Shown: positions 26,748 through 36,809 of the stretch, piece by piece
Numbering within the stretch: position 1 is the first letter of the stretch
Layout of the letters: each line of letters starts with the position of its first letter
Notes under the pieces: generated by a model
The model's input: only the letters and a program-made list of their open reading frames with translations
Told to the model about the DNA's origin: nothing
The model's database searches: none
Assembly (NCBI GenBank): GCA_041657445.1
Contig: JBBABV010000003.1
Coordinates: 1-56,151 of the forward strand
Reading direction: 5' to 3'
Length of the DNA: 56,151 nt
Source of the DNA: Minisyncoccota bacterium
Lineage (GTDB): Bacteria; Patescibacteriota; Minisyncoccia; Phycocordibacterales; UBA9973
Program-made: the position numbers and the translations under genes

Positions 26748-27742
26748 TATTTTTTATTTATTGAATACCTATCAAGTATTGCTTCAAACATTAAAGGTGC
26801 AACTATCGTAGCATCTGATTCAATCACAAACATAGGAGTATCTTTAGTTAATTTATCCCAAGTTATTTTTTCATTTGGAGTAGCACCAGAATATGAGCCA
26901 TATGAAGTGGTGCTATCTGAAATCTGACAAAAATATCCCCAAGGTCTCACTTCTTCTTTTAAATCATATTTTATTGAAGGTACTACACAAATAGGAAAAT
27001 CTCCTGATATACCACCTCCTATTTGAAAAAATCCTAATCCTGGTCCGTCTTTGGAAAGTTCTTTATATTTATCATAAAGGGACATCATATATTCTACTCC
27101 TGTCTTCATTACTGATGACTTTACCTCACCCGCTTTACAATATCCTGCAAATATATTTCCAAGTGTTGAATCTTCCCATCCCGGAACTACTATCGGAAGA
27201 TTTTTCTTCGCTGCTTCAAGTAGCCAACAATGTTCAGGATTACCTTCATATTTTCCTTTTAATTCATCAGAGAGAAGAATTTGATAAAAATACTCGTGGG
27301 GAAAATATCTCTCACCTTTTGCTTCAGCATCTTTCCATCTTTTTAAAATAATTGGCTCTACTACTCTAAACGCTTCTTCTTCGGGAATTGAAGTATCTGT
27401 AACTCTTCTTTCACCTCTATTTAAGATCGCTTCATCATCTTCTTTTGTAAAATATCTATAGTCAGGATAATCTTTATAACTATTGTGTGCCACTAATCTA
27501 AACACAGACTCTTCAAGATTTGCTCCTGTGCAAGATATAGCATGAATCTTCCCTTCTTTTATCATTGGGGCAAGAGTTACTCCAAGTTGAGCTGAAGACA
27601 TCGCTCCACCCATAGCAAGAAGCATCTTTCCTCCTTTATCTAAATGCTCTTTGTAAGAAAGAGTGGCATCCTTCATCTGCCTAGCATTGAAGTTATAAAA
27701 GATATTCTTAAATAAATCTAAAATTGTGTTTTCGTTTTTCAT
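26747..27742 (-). CDS. Deoxyhypusine synthase family protein (DHS/homospermidine-synthase-like)
   Basis: 331 aa. LAMGGAMSSAQLG...HAISCTGANLEE... and GGGISGDFP follow the DHS-family pattern. Its stop overlaps the next start as TAATG. Confidence 0.75.
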   Translation of the reverse strand: MKNENTILDLFKNIFYNFNARQMKDATLSYKEHLDKGGKMLLAMGGAMSSAQLGVTLAPMIKEGKIHAISCTGANLEESVFRLVAHNSYKDYPDYRYFTKEDDEAILNRGERRVTDTSIPEEEAFRVVEPIILKRWKDAEAKGERYFPHEYFYQILLSDELKGKYEGNPEHCWLLEAAKKNLPIVVPGWEDSTLGNIFAGYCKAGEVKSSVMKTGVEYMMSLYDKYKELSKDGPGLGFFQIGGGISGDFPICVVPSIKYDLKEEVRPWGYFCQISDSTTSYGSYSGATPNEKITWDKLTKDTPMFVIESDATIVAPLMFEAILDRYSINKK

Positions 27743-27837
27743 ATTTATAGTATAGCAGAAAAATAGTAAAATAAAATAGTATAGAAAGAAAATTTTTTTA
27801 CCTTGCTTTTCTTCTTCAATTATGAGATACTATAAAA

Positions 27838-28077
27838 ATGCAGTTATTAACTAGTGCCTTACCTTATATACAGATTATTTTATCAGTGATTTTAGTAACC
27901 TCAGTCTTACTCCAGCAATCTGGAGCAGGAGTTGGTGGAGCTTTTGGTGGTGGAGATAGTAGTTTGAGATATACCCGAAGAGGATTTGAAAAATTCTTAT
28001 TCATATTGTCTATTATTTGTGGAATCCTCTTCGTGCTATCAGCTATCTTTAGTATTATGGTTAATTCCGTAATATAA
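27838..28077 (+). CDS. secG: Preprotein translocase subunit SecG
   Basis: 79 aa with two TM helices and the Gly-rich loop LLQQSGAGVGGAFGGGDS. Confidence 0.8.
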   Translation: MQLLTSALPYIQIILSVILVTSVLLQQSGAGVGGAFGGGDSSLRYTRRGFEKFLFILSIICGILFVLSAIFSIMVNSVI

Positions 28078-28102
28078 TAAGGAGTATTCTATTTATATTA
28101 AA

Positions 28103-29851
28103 ATGAAAAAATTTTTTTCTTGTATTCGTAATTTTAAGTTGTTTAAACGACAAAATTTAAAGAAAACTTTTTTATCTTTCTCAAAAAAAGAGTGGATATT
28201 ATTTTCCTTGTTCTTTATTTTGTTCATTACTAGCACTCTTTATGTTTTAAATACGGTTAATCAAAATATATCAGTAAAAGTAGCAAGGAATGGAGGAACA
28301 ATAACAGAAGGAATAATAGGAACACCAAGATTTATAAACCCAATTCTTGCTTTTTCTGATGTAGATAAAGATCTAACTACCTTGATATATTCAGGACTTT
28401 TAAGAAAAGATAGAGAAGGACAATTTATCCCTGACATCGCAGAAAAGTATGAAGTCTCCGAAGATGGACTTTCTTACCTTTTCACTATAAAAGATGAGGT
28501 ATATTTTCATGATGGAAAGGAAATAACCGCGGATGATATTATATTTACCACTGAAGAAACAAAAAATACTTTAGTAAAAAATTTGAATGGTTCAAGTTTC
28601 GAAGGGATAAAAATTGAAAAAATAGACGAAAAAAATGTAAAATTTTCAATGGATCGTCCTGATTCATCCTTTTTAGAAAAAACTACCTTCGGAATAATGC
28701 CAAAACATTTATGGGAAGGATTTCCAATGGAACTATCCCCTTTAAACACAGATCCAATAGGTTCTGGACCATTTAGAATTAAAAGAATTAAAAAAGATTC
28801 AGAAGAGATAGTAAAATCATATGAACTTGAATCTTTTAAAGATTTTGCTCTTGGAAAACCATATATTAATAAATTTATTATTAAATTTTATCCTAATGAA
28901 GAAGAATTAATAACCGCCTTGAAATCAGGAGAAGTAGAACAAATAAGTCAGATATCTTCTGAGAATGCAAAAAATTTAGAGGAAAAATACAGAATTGAAT
29001 CCTACATTTTACCAAGAGTATTTGGACTATTTTTCAATCAAAACGAAAATCAAATTTTTATTGATAAGAATGTTATATCTGCAATTAACTTAATTCTTGA
29101 TAAAAAACAAATTGTAGAAGAAGTATTATTTGGATATGGAACAGATATAAATAGCCCAATTCCAAAAAACATGAAAGGTGAAAAAATTTCAAACGATAAA
29201 AATCTATCCTATGAAGAGAAAGTAAAGAAAGCATTAGAACTTTTAGAAAAAAGTAGATGGGAAAAAAATGAAGATGGATTTCTAGAAAAAAATGATATTT
29301 TAAATAAAAAAACTATAACCACCCCGCTTTCATTTTCAATTTCTACAAGTAATTCTTCTGAATTAAAAAAAATAGCACAAATTATTAAAGAAGACTTAGA
29401 ACTTATAGGAATAAAAGTAGAAGTAAAAACTTTTGAACTTGGAGACTTAAACCAATCCGTAATCCGACCAAGAAATTTTGACTCACTTTTGTTTGGAGAA
29501 ATAATAAATCATGAATCAGATTTATTTGCTTTCTGGCACTCTTCACAAAGGAAAGATCCTGGTTTAAATATTGCCTCTTACACAAATGTAAAAGTAGATA
29601 AGATTTTGGAAGAAGCTATAACTACTCTTCAGAAAGAAAAAAGAGAGGAAAAATACACACAATTTGAAGAGGAAATACAGAAAAGTATGCCTGCTGTATT
29701 TATATATAGCCCTAGCCTTATTTACATAGTAAAAAATGATCTAAAAGGATTATCAGAAAAAAATATTATTTCTCCTAAAGATAGATTCCTTGATTCATAT
29801 CTTTGGTATTTAAATGTAGAAAATGTTTGGAAAATATTCGTAAAAAATTAA
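28103..29851 (+). CDS. ABC transporter substrate-binding protein, family 5 (OppA/DppA-like), membrane-anchored
   Basis: 582 aa with an N-terminal TM helix. GTPRFINPILA..., FHDGKEITADDI.F and GSGPF are typical of SBP family 5. Confidence 0.75.
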   Translation: MKKFFSCIRNFKLFKRQNLKKTFLSFSKKEWILFSLFFILFITSTLYVLNTVNQNISVKVARNGGTITEGIIGTPRFINPILAFSDVDKDLTTLIYSGLLRKDREGQFIPDIAEKYEVSEDGLSYLFTIKDEVYFHDGKEITADDIIFTTEETKNTLVKNLNGSSFEGIKIEKIDEKNVKFSMDRPDSSFLEKTTFGIMPKHLWEGFPMELSPLNTDPIGSGPFRIKRIKKDSEEIVKSYELESFKDFALGKPYINKFIIKFYPNEEELITALKSGEVEQISQISSENAKNLEEKYRIESYILPRVFGLFFNQNENQIFIDKNVISAINLILDKKQIVEEVLFGYGTDINSPIPKNMKGEKISNDKNLSYEEKVKKALELLEKSRWEKNEDGFLEKNDILNKKTITTPLSFSISTSNSSELKKIAQIIKEDLELIGIKVEVKTFELGDLNQSVIRPRNFDSLLFGEIINHESDLFAFWHSSQRKDPGLNIASYTNVKVDKILEEAITTLQKEKREEKYTQFEEEIQKSMPAVFIYSPSLIYIVKNDLKGLSEKNIISPKDRFLDSYLWYLNVENVWKIFVKN

Positions 29852-29857
29852 TAAAAA

Positions 29858-31768
29858 ATGACAAAAAAAAATAGACTATCATTCAGTGCAGTAAGTTTTG
29901 AGGAAAAAAATTCAGAAAAGAAAATAGAAACCTCTAAAACAAACAATACCCCAAAAAAGGATTTAAGAAGACAAAAGAAGACTTCTACTTTTCAATATTC
30001 TTCAACTAAGTTTAGAGGAAAAAGAAATACTTCTAGAATAGAGAGAAATAACTTTAAAAATTCAAATTCAATAATTCCTCCACCAGAGGAGGGTGTTGTC
30101 AGAATTATCCCATTAGGAGGAGTAGAAGAAATAGGAAAAAATATGACTGCTATTGAAATAGGAGATGATATCATCGTAATTGATGCAGGAATGTCTTTTT
30201 CAAATGAAGAAACTCCAGGTATTGATTATGTAATTCCTAATACCACTTACCTAGAAGAAAGAAAAGAAAAAATTCGTGCTTTGATTATCACTCATGGACA
30301 TTTAGACCACATTGGTGGTGCTCCTTTAGTACTTTCAAGAATAGGTAATCCACCTGTATATTCTAGAAAACTTTCTATTCTCTTAATGAGAAAGAGATCT
30401 GCTGAATTTCCTCAGTTACCTAAAATGAAAGAAAACATCATAGAGAAAGATGAAACTATTACCATAGGAAAAATAAAGGTTAGATTCTTCGGAGTTACTC
30501 ATACTATTCCTGATTCTATAGGAATAATCATAGAAACTAAAAATGGACTAATTGTCACACCTGGAGATTATAAACTTGATCACATGGATGGAGTAGTAAG
30601 TAAAGAAGAAGAAAGAGAATACTCTCGTTTTGATAAAGAAAAAGTTCTTCTTTTGATGACTGATTCAACAAATATAGAAAATGAAGGATATTCACTCCCT
30701 GAGGCCAAGGTGCATATGGGACTAGAAAACTTGATTAAGAAAATTAATGGAAGAATAGTTATCGCAGCTTTTGCTTCTCACATTACTAGACTTGCACATA
30801 TAGTAAAAACGGCTGAAACCCTTGGAAAAAAAGTGGCTCTTGATGGTAGATCAATGAAGACAAATATTGATGTAGCAATTGAAGCAAACTATTTTAAACC
30901 TAAAAAAGGAACTATCATTCCTATTGAAGAAGTAGATAGTTATCCTCCAAATAGAGTTGTAATCCTTATGACAGGAGCACAGGGAGAAGAATTTGCCGCT
31001 CTTAATCGTGCAGCCACTAAAACTCATGCTAAATTTAATCTTCATAGAGGTGACACTATCATTCTTTCTGCTTCTGTTATTCCAGGAAATGAAAGAGCAG
31101 TAGAGAAAATGAAAGATGGAATAGCAAGACAGGGAGTAAAGATAATAAGTTATCGCACTCCAGGAGAAGATTTTGTACATGCAACAGGTCATGGAAATCA
31201 AGAAGATGTAAAATGGCTACATAGAAAAGTCCATGCAAAATTCTTTATCCCAATACATGGTAACCATTATCGTCTCCAACTTCACAAACAACTTGCAATG
31301 GAATTAGGAACACCTGAAGAAAACATTATTGTCCCTGACAATGGATCTATTATAGAAATTTCTTCTGATGGAAATAAAATGGTATTAAGAAAGGAGAAAG
31401 CACCTTCTGGAATAATGATGGTAGATGGGATATCAGTTGGAGATACACAAGATGTAGTAATTCGTGATAGAAAAATGCTAGCAGAAGATGGAATGTTTGT
31501 AATAATCGCTGTAGTAGATCAAAATACTGGAAAACTTAAGAAATCACCAGACCTTATATCAAGAGGATTTGTATATCTAAAGGAAAATCAAGAACTTCTG
31601 CGACAAGTAAGAATAATAATAAGAAAAAGTGTAGAAGATATTACAATGAAATCAAAATTAATTGATTTTGAATATCTAAAATCAAATCTAGGAGAAAATA
31701 TATCTAAATTTTTGTTTCAAAAAACAGCAAAAAGGCCACTTGTTATTCCAGTCATTTTGAATGTATAA
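29858..31768 (+). CDS. rnj: Ribonuclease J with a Lys/Asn-rich N-terminal extension
   Basis: Beta-CASP/MBL pattern: IIPLGGVEEIGKNMT, ITHGHLDHIGG, HATGHG. About 75 extra basic residues precede the core. Confidence 0.9.
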   Translation: MTKKNRLSFSAVSFEEKNSEKKIETSKTNNTPKKDLRRQKKTSTFQYSSTKFRGKRNTSRIERNNFKNSNSIIPPPEEGVVRIIPLGGVEEIGKNMTAIEIGDDIIVIDAGMSFSNEETPGIDYVIPNTTYLEERKEKIRALIITHGHLDHIGGAPLVLSRIGNPPVYSRKLSILLMRKRSAEFPQLPKMKENIIEKDETITIGKIKVRFFGVTHTIPDSIGIIIETKNGLIVTPGDYKLDHMDGVVSKEEEREYSRFDKEKVLLLMTDSTNIENEGYSLPEAKVHMGLENLIKKINGRIVIAAFASHITRLAHIVKTAETLGKKVALDGRSMKTNIDVAIEANYFKPKKGTIIPIEEVDSYPPNRVVILMTGAQGEEFAALNRAATKTHAKFNLHRGDTIILSASVIPGNERAVEKMKDGIARQGVKIISYRTPGEDFVHATGHGNQEDVKWLHRKVHAKFFIPIHGNHYRLQLHKQLAMELGTPEENIIVPDNGSIIEISSDGNKMVLRKEKAPSGIMMVDGISVGDTQDVVIRDRKMLAEDGMFVIIAVVDQNTGKLKKSPDLISRGFVYLKENQELLRQVRIIIRKSVEDITMKSKLIDFEYLKSNLGENISKFLFQKTAKRPLVIPVILNV

Positions 31769-32180
31769 AGGGGTTCAGTAAATGATTCTTGTAAATATGC
31801 TCTTTATATGGCTTAAGTCTAACTATCTTTACATCAAGTCCCCTTTTCTTTAGATTCTCTTTAAGATTTTTTGTAAAATGTTTTTGATCATAACCAAGAG
31901 CAATGATGTCTGGTTTCTCTTTCAAAATATGCAAGAGGTAATTTCTATTATTACCTAACACTACCCTATCTGCAATTAAAGTTTTTTTAAGAACTAACAT
32001 TCTTTTTCTTTCGTTTAGATATGGTTTCTTCTTTTTTATCTTCAAAACATTTTTGTCTCTCGCGATAGATACTATTAAAAAAGAATTTTTAACAAGTGCT
32101 TTTGCCTGCTTAAAAAAATTAAGGTGTCCTTTGTGTAATCCATCAAATGTTCCAAATACCATTATTCTTTCTTTTTTCAT
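31752..32180 (-). CDS. Cytidylyltransferase-fold nucleotidyltransferase (RibL/FAD-synthase-like)
   Basis: FGTFDGLHKGHLNFF (HxGH motif). 142 aa. Confidence 0.7.
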   Translation of the reverse strand: MKKERIMVFGTFDGLHKGHLNFFKQAKALVKNSFLIVSIARDKNVLKIKKKKPYLNERKRMLVLKKTLIADRVVLGNNRNYLLHILKEKPDIIALGYDQKHFTKNLKENLKKRGLDVKIVRLKPYKEHIYKNHLLNPFIHSK

Positions 32181-32290
32181 TGTTTGTAATTATACATTAC
32201 TCTTAACAAAAAAAGTTTTCCACAAATAAATTAGCAAAATACAAAGAAAAGGAATACAATAAAAATCCGTTCGTTTTAAAATTCAAAAAA

Positions 32291-32373
32291 GTGATTGGGG
32301 AAACCGGTTAGATTCCGGTACAGTGCCGCTACGGTATGTCTCTTAAAAGAGAACAAGTCCGATTACCAATCAT
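32291..32373 (+). promoter_or_regulatory. Cobalamin riboswitch aptamer (short, class-II-like)
   Basis: P1 TGATTGG (32292-32298) / CCAATCA (32366-32372). Core GGGGAAACCGGTTAGATTCCGGTACAGTGCCGCTACGGTA. B12-box-like AAGTCCGA at 32355-32362. Hairpins ACCGG/CCGGT and TCTCT/AGAGA. Confidence 0.75.
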
Positions 32374-32430
32374 TTATATGCATTCCCGAGCAGGACCATC
32401 CTTCTTAAATCTTTTGATTTTTAGGATTAA

Positions 32431-32460
32431 GATTCTGCCGAAAGCAGAATTTTTTGTTTT
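32431..32460 (+). terminator. Riboswitch expression-platform terminator
   Basis: Stem ATTCTGC (32432-32438) / GCAGAAT (32444-32450), followed by TTTTTTGTTTT. Confidence 0.7.
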
Positions 32461-32518
32461 ACAAAACAGGAGAAAATGCTTTCAAAATTTATAAATGTTT
32501 CTTAATTATAGAAATCAA

Positions 32519-34351
32519 ATGAAGAAAAAAATGTATTTAAGTGTGTTGTTTGCATTATCAACTTTTCTTTTTTACACAAGTAGTGCTTTTGCAGATATCA
32601 ATATCAATATCCTTGATAATGGAGAAAGTATTTACACTAGTAGTGTTATATTCCCAGAAGCAGGGACAGTGGAGATTAATGATAATACATCTACCCCAAG
32701 AACTGTAAATTCTCAATCAGCTCTAGCCATACTCAATCAAGCTGATATATTAAGTGAAGATTTTAACATTTCAAATTTAGAATACTTTTCTTCCTATGGC
32801 TCTCTGTATCTAAAATGCATAACAAGCACTACTGGAGGAGAAAAATGTGAGACTCCCCCTTCACCAGAAGGATGGCAATATACTGTAAATGGAGAATATC
32901 CTGGAATCGGAATGGATCAAAAAATACTAGAGGATGGGCAATCATTGCATGTATATTATGGAAATCGTTACAGGGTAACACTAAATGATGATTCAATAAC
33001 AGAAGCAGGAAGTTTAACAGTTACTGCAGAAGAGTATGATTATGAAAATAATGAATGGTTTAGTAGAAGTGGAGTAGTAATTGGATTGACTCAACCAAAC
33101 CCTGATGATACATGGAATCCTATTGAAATAATAGTAAAGGAAGTTGATACAAATGGACAAGCTGTTTTTTCCTCTATTCCTTTTGGAGAATATAACATAG
33201 GTGTAAAAGAAGACTTTTATTACCCTACAAAACCATTAACTGTAACAGAAGTAATAATTTCAGGTGGTGGAAGTAGTGGAAGTCGTAACAAAAAGAAAAA
33301 CACAGATACTCCAGTTGAAGAAAAAAAAGAGATCGTAGATGAAGTAGAAGAAATAGAAGGTTTTAATATTAAAAAAGCATTTGAATATCTAGCACTTCAA
33401 CAAGAAGAAAATGGTTCATTTAATGAAGAAATTTACACTGACTGGACGGCAATAGCATTTGCTACTTTAGATGAACAAACTAACGAAAAAACAAAAATTT
33501 TTCAGTATCTTGCGACTACCCCTAGTATTGGAAAAAATATCACTGACTATGAGAGACACTCTATGGCTCTAATGTCCCTTGGACTTAATCCATACGGAAC
33601 AGGAGGAGAGGATTATATCTCAAAAATAATTAATGAATTTGATGGAAAACAATTTGGTGATTCTTCTTCATATAATGATGATGTGTTTGCTATTATAGTT
33701 CTACAAAATGCCGGCTATGAAAAGAATGAAAAAATGTTAGAATCTGCACTTTTATTCATTCTTGAAAAACAATCTGCTGATGGATCGTGGAGTAATAGTG
33801 TAGATATGACAGGAGCCACAGTATCAGCACTTTCATTATTCAGTGATTATCCTTTTGTAAAACAAAGCTTAGATAGAGCAAAAGGATTCTTAAAACATTC
33901 TCAAGAAGAAAATGGTGGTTTTGGAAATGTGTCATCTACTACTTGGGCAATAGAAGGAATAATTTCTTTAGGAGAAAAACCTAAAGAATGGAAGCATTTA
34001 AAAACAGAAAAAAGTCCCTTTGATTACCTAGACGAGATGCAAGATGAAGATGGAGGAATAAAAACAGAGGAAGGTAAAGAGGAAGAATACAAGAAAAATA
34101 GAATATGGGAAACTAGTTATGCACTAACAGCAATTTCAGGAAAAAGATGGAATGAAATAATGAGTAAATTCCCTAAAAAAGGGAATATAAAAAAAATCAA
34201 TATAATTGGGAATGCAATATCCACTGAAAAAAATATTGATACAATCAAAGAAAGTATTGATATCAATACTCAAAATCAAAAAGCAGAAGATCTAATAAAT
34301 GATAAAAACTGGTTTACTACTTTATTGAAGAAGGTCTTTGATATTCAATAA
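32519..34351 (+). CDS. Secreted cobalamin-binding candidate: DUF4430 (transcobalamin C-terminal-like) domain, Ig-like domain and alpha/alpha-toroid (prenyltransferase-like) repeats
   Basis: Start moved to MKKKMYLSVLFALSTFLFYTSSAFA. EGWQYTVNGEYPGIGMDQKILEDGQSLHVYYG is the DUF4430 signature. Repeats QQEENGSFN, QSADGSWSN, SQEENGGFGN and MQDEDGGIK are typical of the terpenoid-cyclase/prenyltransferase alpha-toroid. Confidence 0.65.
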   Translation: MKKKMYLSVLFALSTFLFYTSSAFADININILDNGESIYTSSVIFPEAGTVEINDNTSTPRTVNSQSALAILNQADILSEDFNISNLEYFSSYGSLYLKCITSTTGGEKCETPPSPEGWQYTVNGEYPGIGMDQKILEDGQSLHVYYGNRYRVTLNDDSITEAGSLTVTAEEYDYENNEWFSRSGVVIGLTQPNPDDTWNPIEIIVKEVDTNGQAVFSSIPFGEYNIGVKEDFYYPTKPLTVTEVIISGGGSSGSRNKKKNTDTPVEEKKEIVDEVEEIEGFNIKKAFEYLALQQEENGSFNEEIYTDWTAIAFATLDEQTNEKTKIFQYLATTPSIGKNITDYERHSMALMSLGLNPYGTGGEDYISKIINEFDGKQFGDSSSYNDDVFAIIVLQNAGYEKNEKMLESALLFILEKQSADGSWSNSVDMTGATVSALSLFSDYPFVKQSLDRAKGFLKHSQEENGGFGNVSSTTWAIEGIISLGEKPKEWKHLKTEKSPFDYLDEMQDEDGGIKTEEGKEEEYKKNRIWETSYALTAISGKRWNEIMSKFPKKGNIKKINIIGNAISTEKNIDTIKESIDINTQNQKAEDLINDKNWFTTLLKKVFDIQ

Positions 34352-34943
34352 TCTTTCCTGCCTTAATCTCTATCTCGTCTGCCATCCTTAAATTTTTAAG
34401 AACTTTGCTTGGTGCTATAGTATAGTGTTTTACTTTATCAAGTTCTTCATCTATTTTCCACAAGTCTTTTTCTTCTCTTTCCCATCCTTTCTTAAATATA
34501 TTTAAATTAAGCGGTCTTGAATATGAAAGAAGTGTTTTTTCTCCATTGTCTAAAAAATATTCATGAAAATATGACATAACTAATTCACGAATGTTTTTAT
34601 ATACTGGTTCACGGTAGCGAAGCACAGAATGATTTGTCTTTGACAATGCCCCCCATAATCCTTTTATCTTAAAAGGTGTGACAATATGATCAAAATCAGA
34701 CTTTCTTGTTTTTAAATGTAAGATAAGAGGTAAAAAATCATGTTCTGAAAGTATAAATGCCCCAAGTAATGCTCCTTCAAAGCAATGTGCATTATTTTCT
34801 CTTAACACTCTTATTGGTGATTTAATTGTATCTATTCCATTTTCTTCAAAATTAAATGGTATTCCATTTAAAAAATCTTGCACCTTTTTAGGAGTATTTA
34901 GTTTACTAATTAAGGACATTTCATTTTTTGTAAAAACAAGCAT
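34317..34943 (-). CDS. Hypothetical protein, possibly transglutaminase-like cysteine-protease fold
   Basis: Start moved to MLVFTKNEMS, which avoids overlap with guaA. NAHCFEGALLGAFIL ... FDHIVTPF resembles the Cys...His core pattern. Weak call. Confidence 0.35.
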   Translation of the reverse strand: MLVFTKNEMSLISKLNTPKKVQDFLNGIPFNFEENGIDTIKSPIRVLRENNAHCFEGALLGAFILSEHDFLPLILHLKTRKSDFDHIVTPFKIKGLWGALSKTNHSVLRYREPVYKNIRELVMSYFHEYFLDNGEKTLLSYSRPLNLNIFKKGWEREEKDLWKIDEELDKVKHYTIAPSKVLKNLRMADEIEIKAGKIIEYQRPSSIK

Positions 34944-34947
34944 ACAA

Positions 34948-36510
34948 TTATTCAAATTCTGTGGTTGCAGGTGGCTTAGAAGTAAAATCAAAAAACACTC
35001 TTACTATATTTTTATTTCTCGTAAGTGTGCTTATTATCTCGTCACAAATTTCTTTGTCTAAATAAAATCCTTTTACTGTCATAAAATCTATAGTTTCTAC
35101 TGTTCTTACTACAATTGAATATTCATAAACTCTACCATCTCCTTTTACTCCTACAGTTTTTACTCCAAGCAACGCAACTATAGTTTGAGAAATACTCTCA
35201 TAAACTCCATGCTTTTTAAGAATATTCGTTACATCATTATCTGCTTCCCTAACTATTTCTAATAATTCTTTATCAACAGGTACCCCTATTATCCGTAAAT
35301 ATAACCCTGGGCCAGGAAAAGGTTGCCTTTTTGAAACTAAATCATCAAGTCCAAATTCAAAAGCAAGTTCTCTTACTTCAAACTTAAAAAAATCTGATAA
35401 AGGCATTATCTCTTTTAATCCCAAATCTAAATCAACATTATGATGTGTTTTGATTAAGGCAGAATTCCCTTTACTTCCTGATTCTATCAAATCTGTAGCG
35501 AGTGTTCCTTGAATCATATGAGTTGCTTTATAATTCCTTGCTACTTCTTTAAATACTTCTCCATAGACTTTACGAAACTTGGCTCTTTTTTCTTCTGCAT
35601 CTATTGTTGTTCCTATTTCAGTGATGAACCTACTTACATATTTATCTATCACTTCAATATTTATTCCTGCTTTTTTTGCAATATCCTTTACCATCTCTAC
35701 TTCTCCTTCTCTCATTCCACCAGTATCTATCATAAATGCTTTTAACTTATCCTTAAGCGTCGGAGCAAGTATCGCTGTAAGTGTGGTAGAATCTACTCCT
35801 CCTGATACACCAATGATAGCAATACCATCGCCAAGTTCATCTTTTGTCTTTTGTCTAATTTCTTCTATTATTTCTTCTTTTTTATAATCCTTTACACATT
35901 TACAGATATTCTCTGCAAAATTTAATAGAATTTGATTATTATCTTCTGTTTGTTCTACTTCAGGATGAAATTGCACTCCATATATCTTTTTTTCACTATT
36001 CTCTATTGCCTCAATCACTGTTCCATGAAGAGATGTAGCAGTAACATCATATTCATTTGGTGCTTTTTTTACTGAATCTCCATGACTAGACCAAGCATTT
36101 ATACTTCCTTTAAGATTTTTAAAAAGTAAACTTTTCTCAGAATCAATTATATTAATTTCTACCCCACCATATGATTTTCCTTCTTTTACTCTATGTACCG
36201 AGTCTCTATCCATCATATATGCAAGCCACTGCATTCCAAAACAAATTCCGAGAATTGGAATTTCTAAATTTAGAATTTCTTTTGGTATGACAGGTGCATC
36301 TGTGTCATAAACACTTTTTGCTCCACCTGATAGTATTATTCCTTTTGGCTTGTATTGTTCTATTGAAAATAGAATCTCGCTTGAAGCCACAACCTTTGAT
36401 TTAAATCCAAGATATCTAAGACTTCTCCTGATAATCTCTGTATATTGAGAACCAAGATCCACTATTAAAATCTGTGGAAAGAACTGAGAATTTTTATTTT
36501 TACTTTGCAT
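34948..36510 (-). CDS. guaA: GMP synthase (glutamine-hydrolysing)
   Basis: GATase GICFGMQ and HPE. ATP-PPase P-loop GVSGGVDSTT. C-terminal dimerisation domain ending ...PPATTEFE. Confidence 0.95.
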   Translation of the reverse strand: MQSKNKNSQFFPQILIVDLGSQYTEIIRRSLRYLGFKSKVVASSEILFSIEQYKPKGIILSGGAKSVYDTDAPVIPKEILNLEIPILGICFGMQWLAYMMDRDSVHRVKEGKSYGGVEINIIDSEKSLLFKNLKGSINAWSSHGDSVKKAPNEYDVTATSLHGTVIEAIENSEKKIYGVQFHPEVEQTEDNNQILLNFAENICKCVKDYKKEEIIEEIRQKTKDELGDGIAIIGVSGGVDSTTLTAILAPTLKDKLKAFMIDTGGMREGEVEMVKDIAKKAGINIEVIDKYVSRFITEIGTTIDAEEKRAKFRKVYGEVFKEVARNYKATHMIQGTLATDLIESGSKGNSALIKTHHNVDLDLGLKEIMPLSDFFKFEVRELAFEFGLDDLVSKRQPFPGPGLYLRIIGVPVDKELLEIVREADNDVTNILKKHGVYESISQTIVALLGVKTVGVKGDGRVYEYSIVVRTVETIDFMTVKGFYLDKEICDEIISTLTRNKNIVRVFFDFTSKPPATTEFE

Positions 36511-36558
36511 ATTTGCATATTAACACACTCTCTTACTTTTTTACCAGTAACTATTTTA

Positions 36559-36786
36559 TCAAGATTTTAAAATATACCTACCTATAACGATAACTACAAT
36601 AGTAATCAATAGAGCATAAAGAAATTTAACTAATATACCATCTTTTGAAAATACAAAAACTGTATCAATAAGACTTCTAATAGCATCATTCCAAGCAAGT
36701 CCTGCTACCACACCAAGACCTGCCATTATGTATCCTTTAGTTTGATTTTTTAATTCTTCTTTTACTTTTGTTTTTTCTTCATTCAT
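36559..36786 (-). CDS. Small two-TM membrane protein (DUF5654-like)
   Basis: MNEEKTKVKEELKNQTKGYIMAGLGVVAGLAWNDAIRSLID.... Start chosen at the second Met. Confidence 0.4.
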   Translation of the reverse strand: MNEEKTKVKEELKNQTKGYIMAGLGVVAGLAWNDAIRSLIDTVFVFSKDGILVKFLYALLITIVVIVIGRYILKS

Positions 36787-36809
36787 ATACTTTAATAAAA
36801 GTATGCTAA

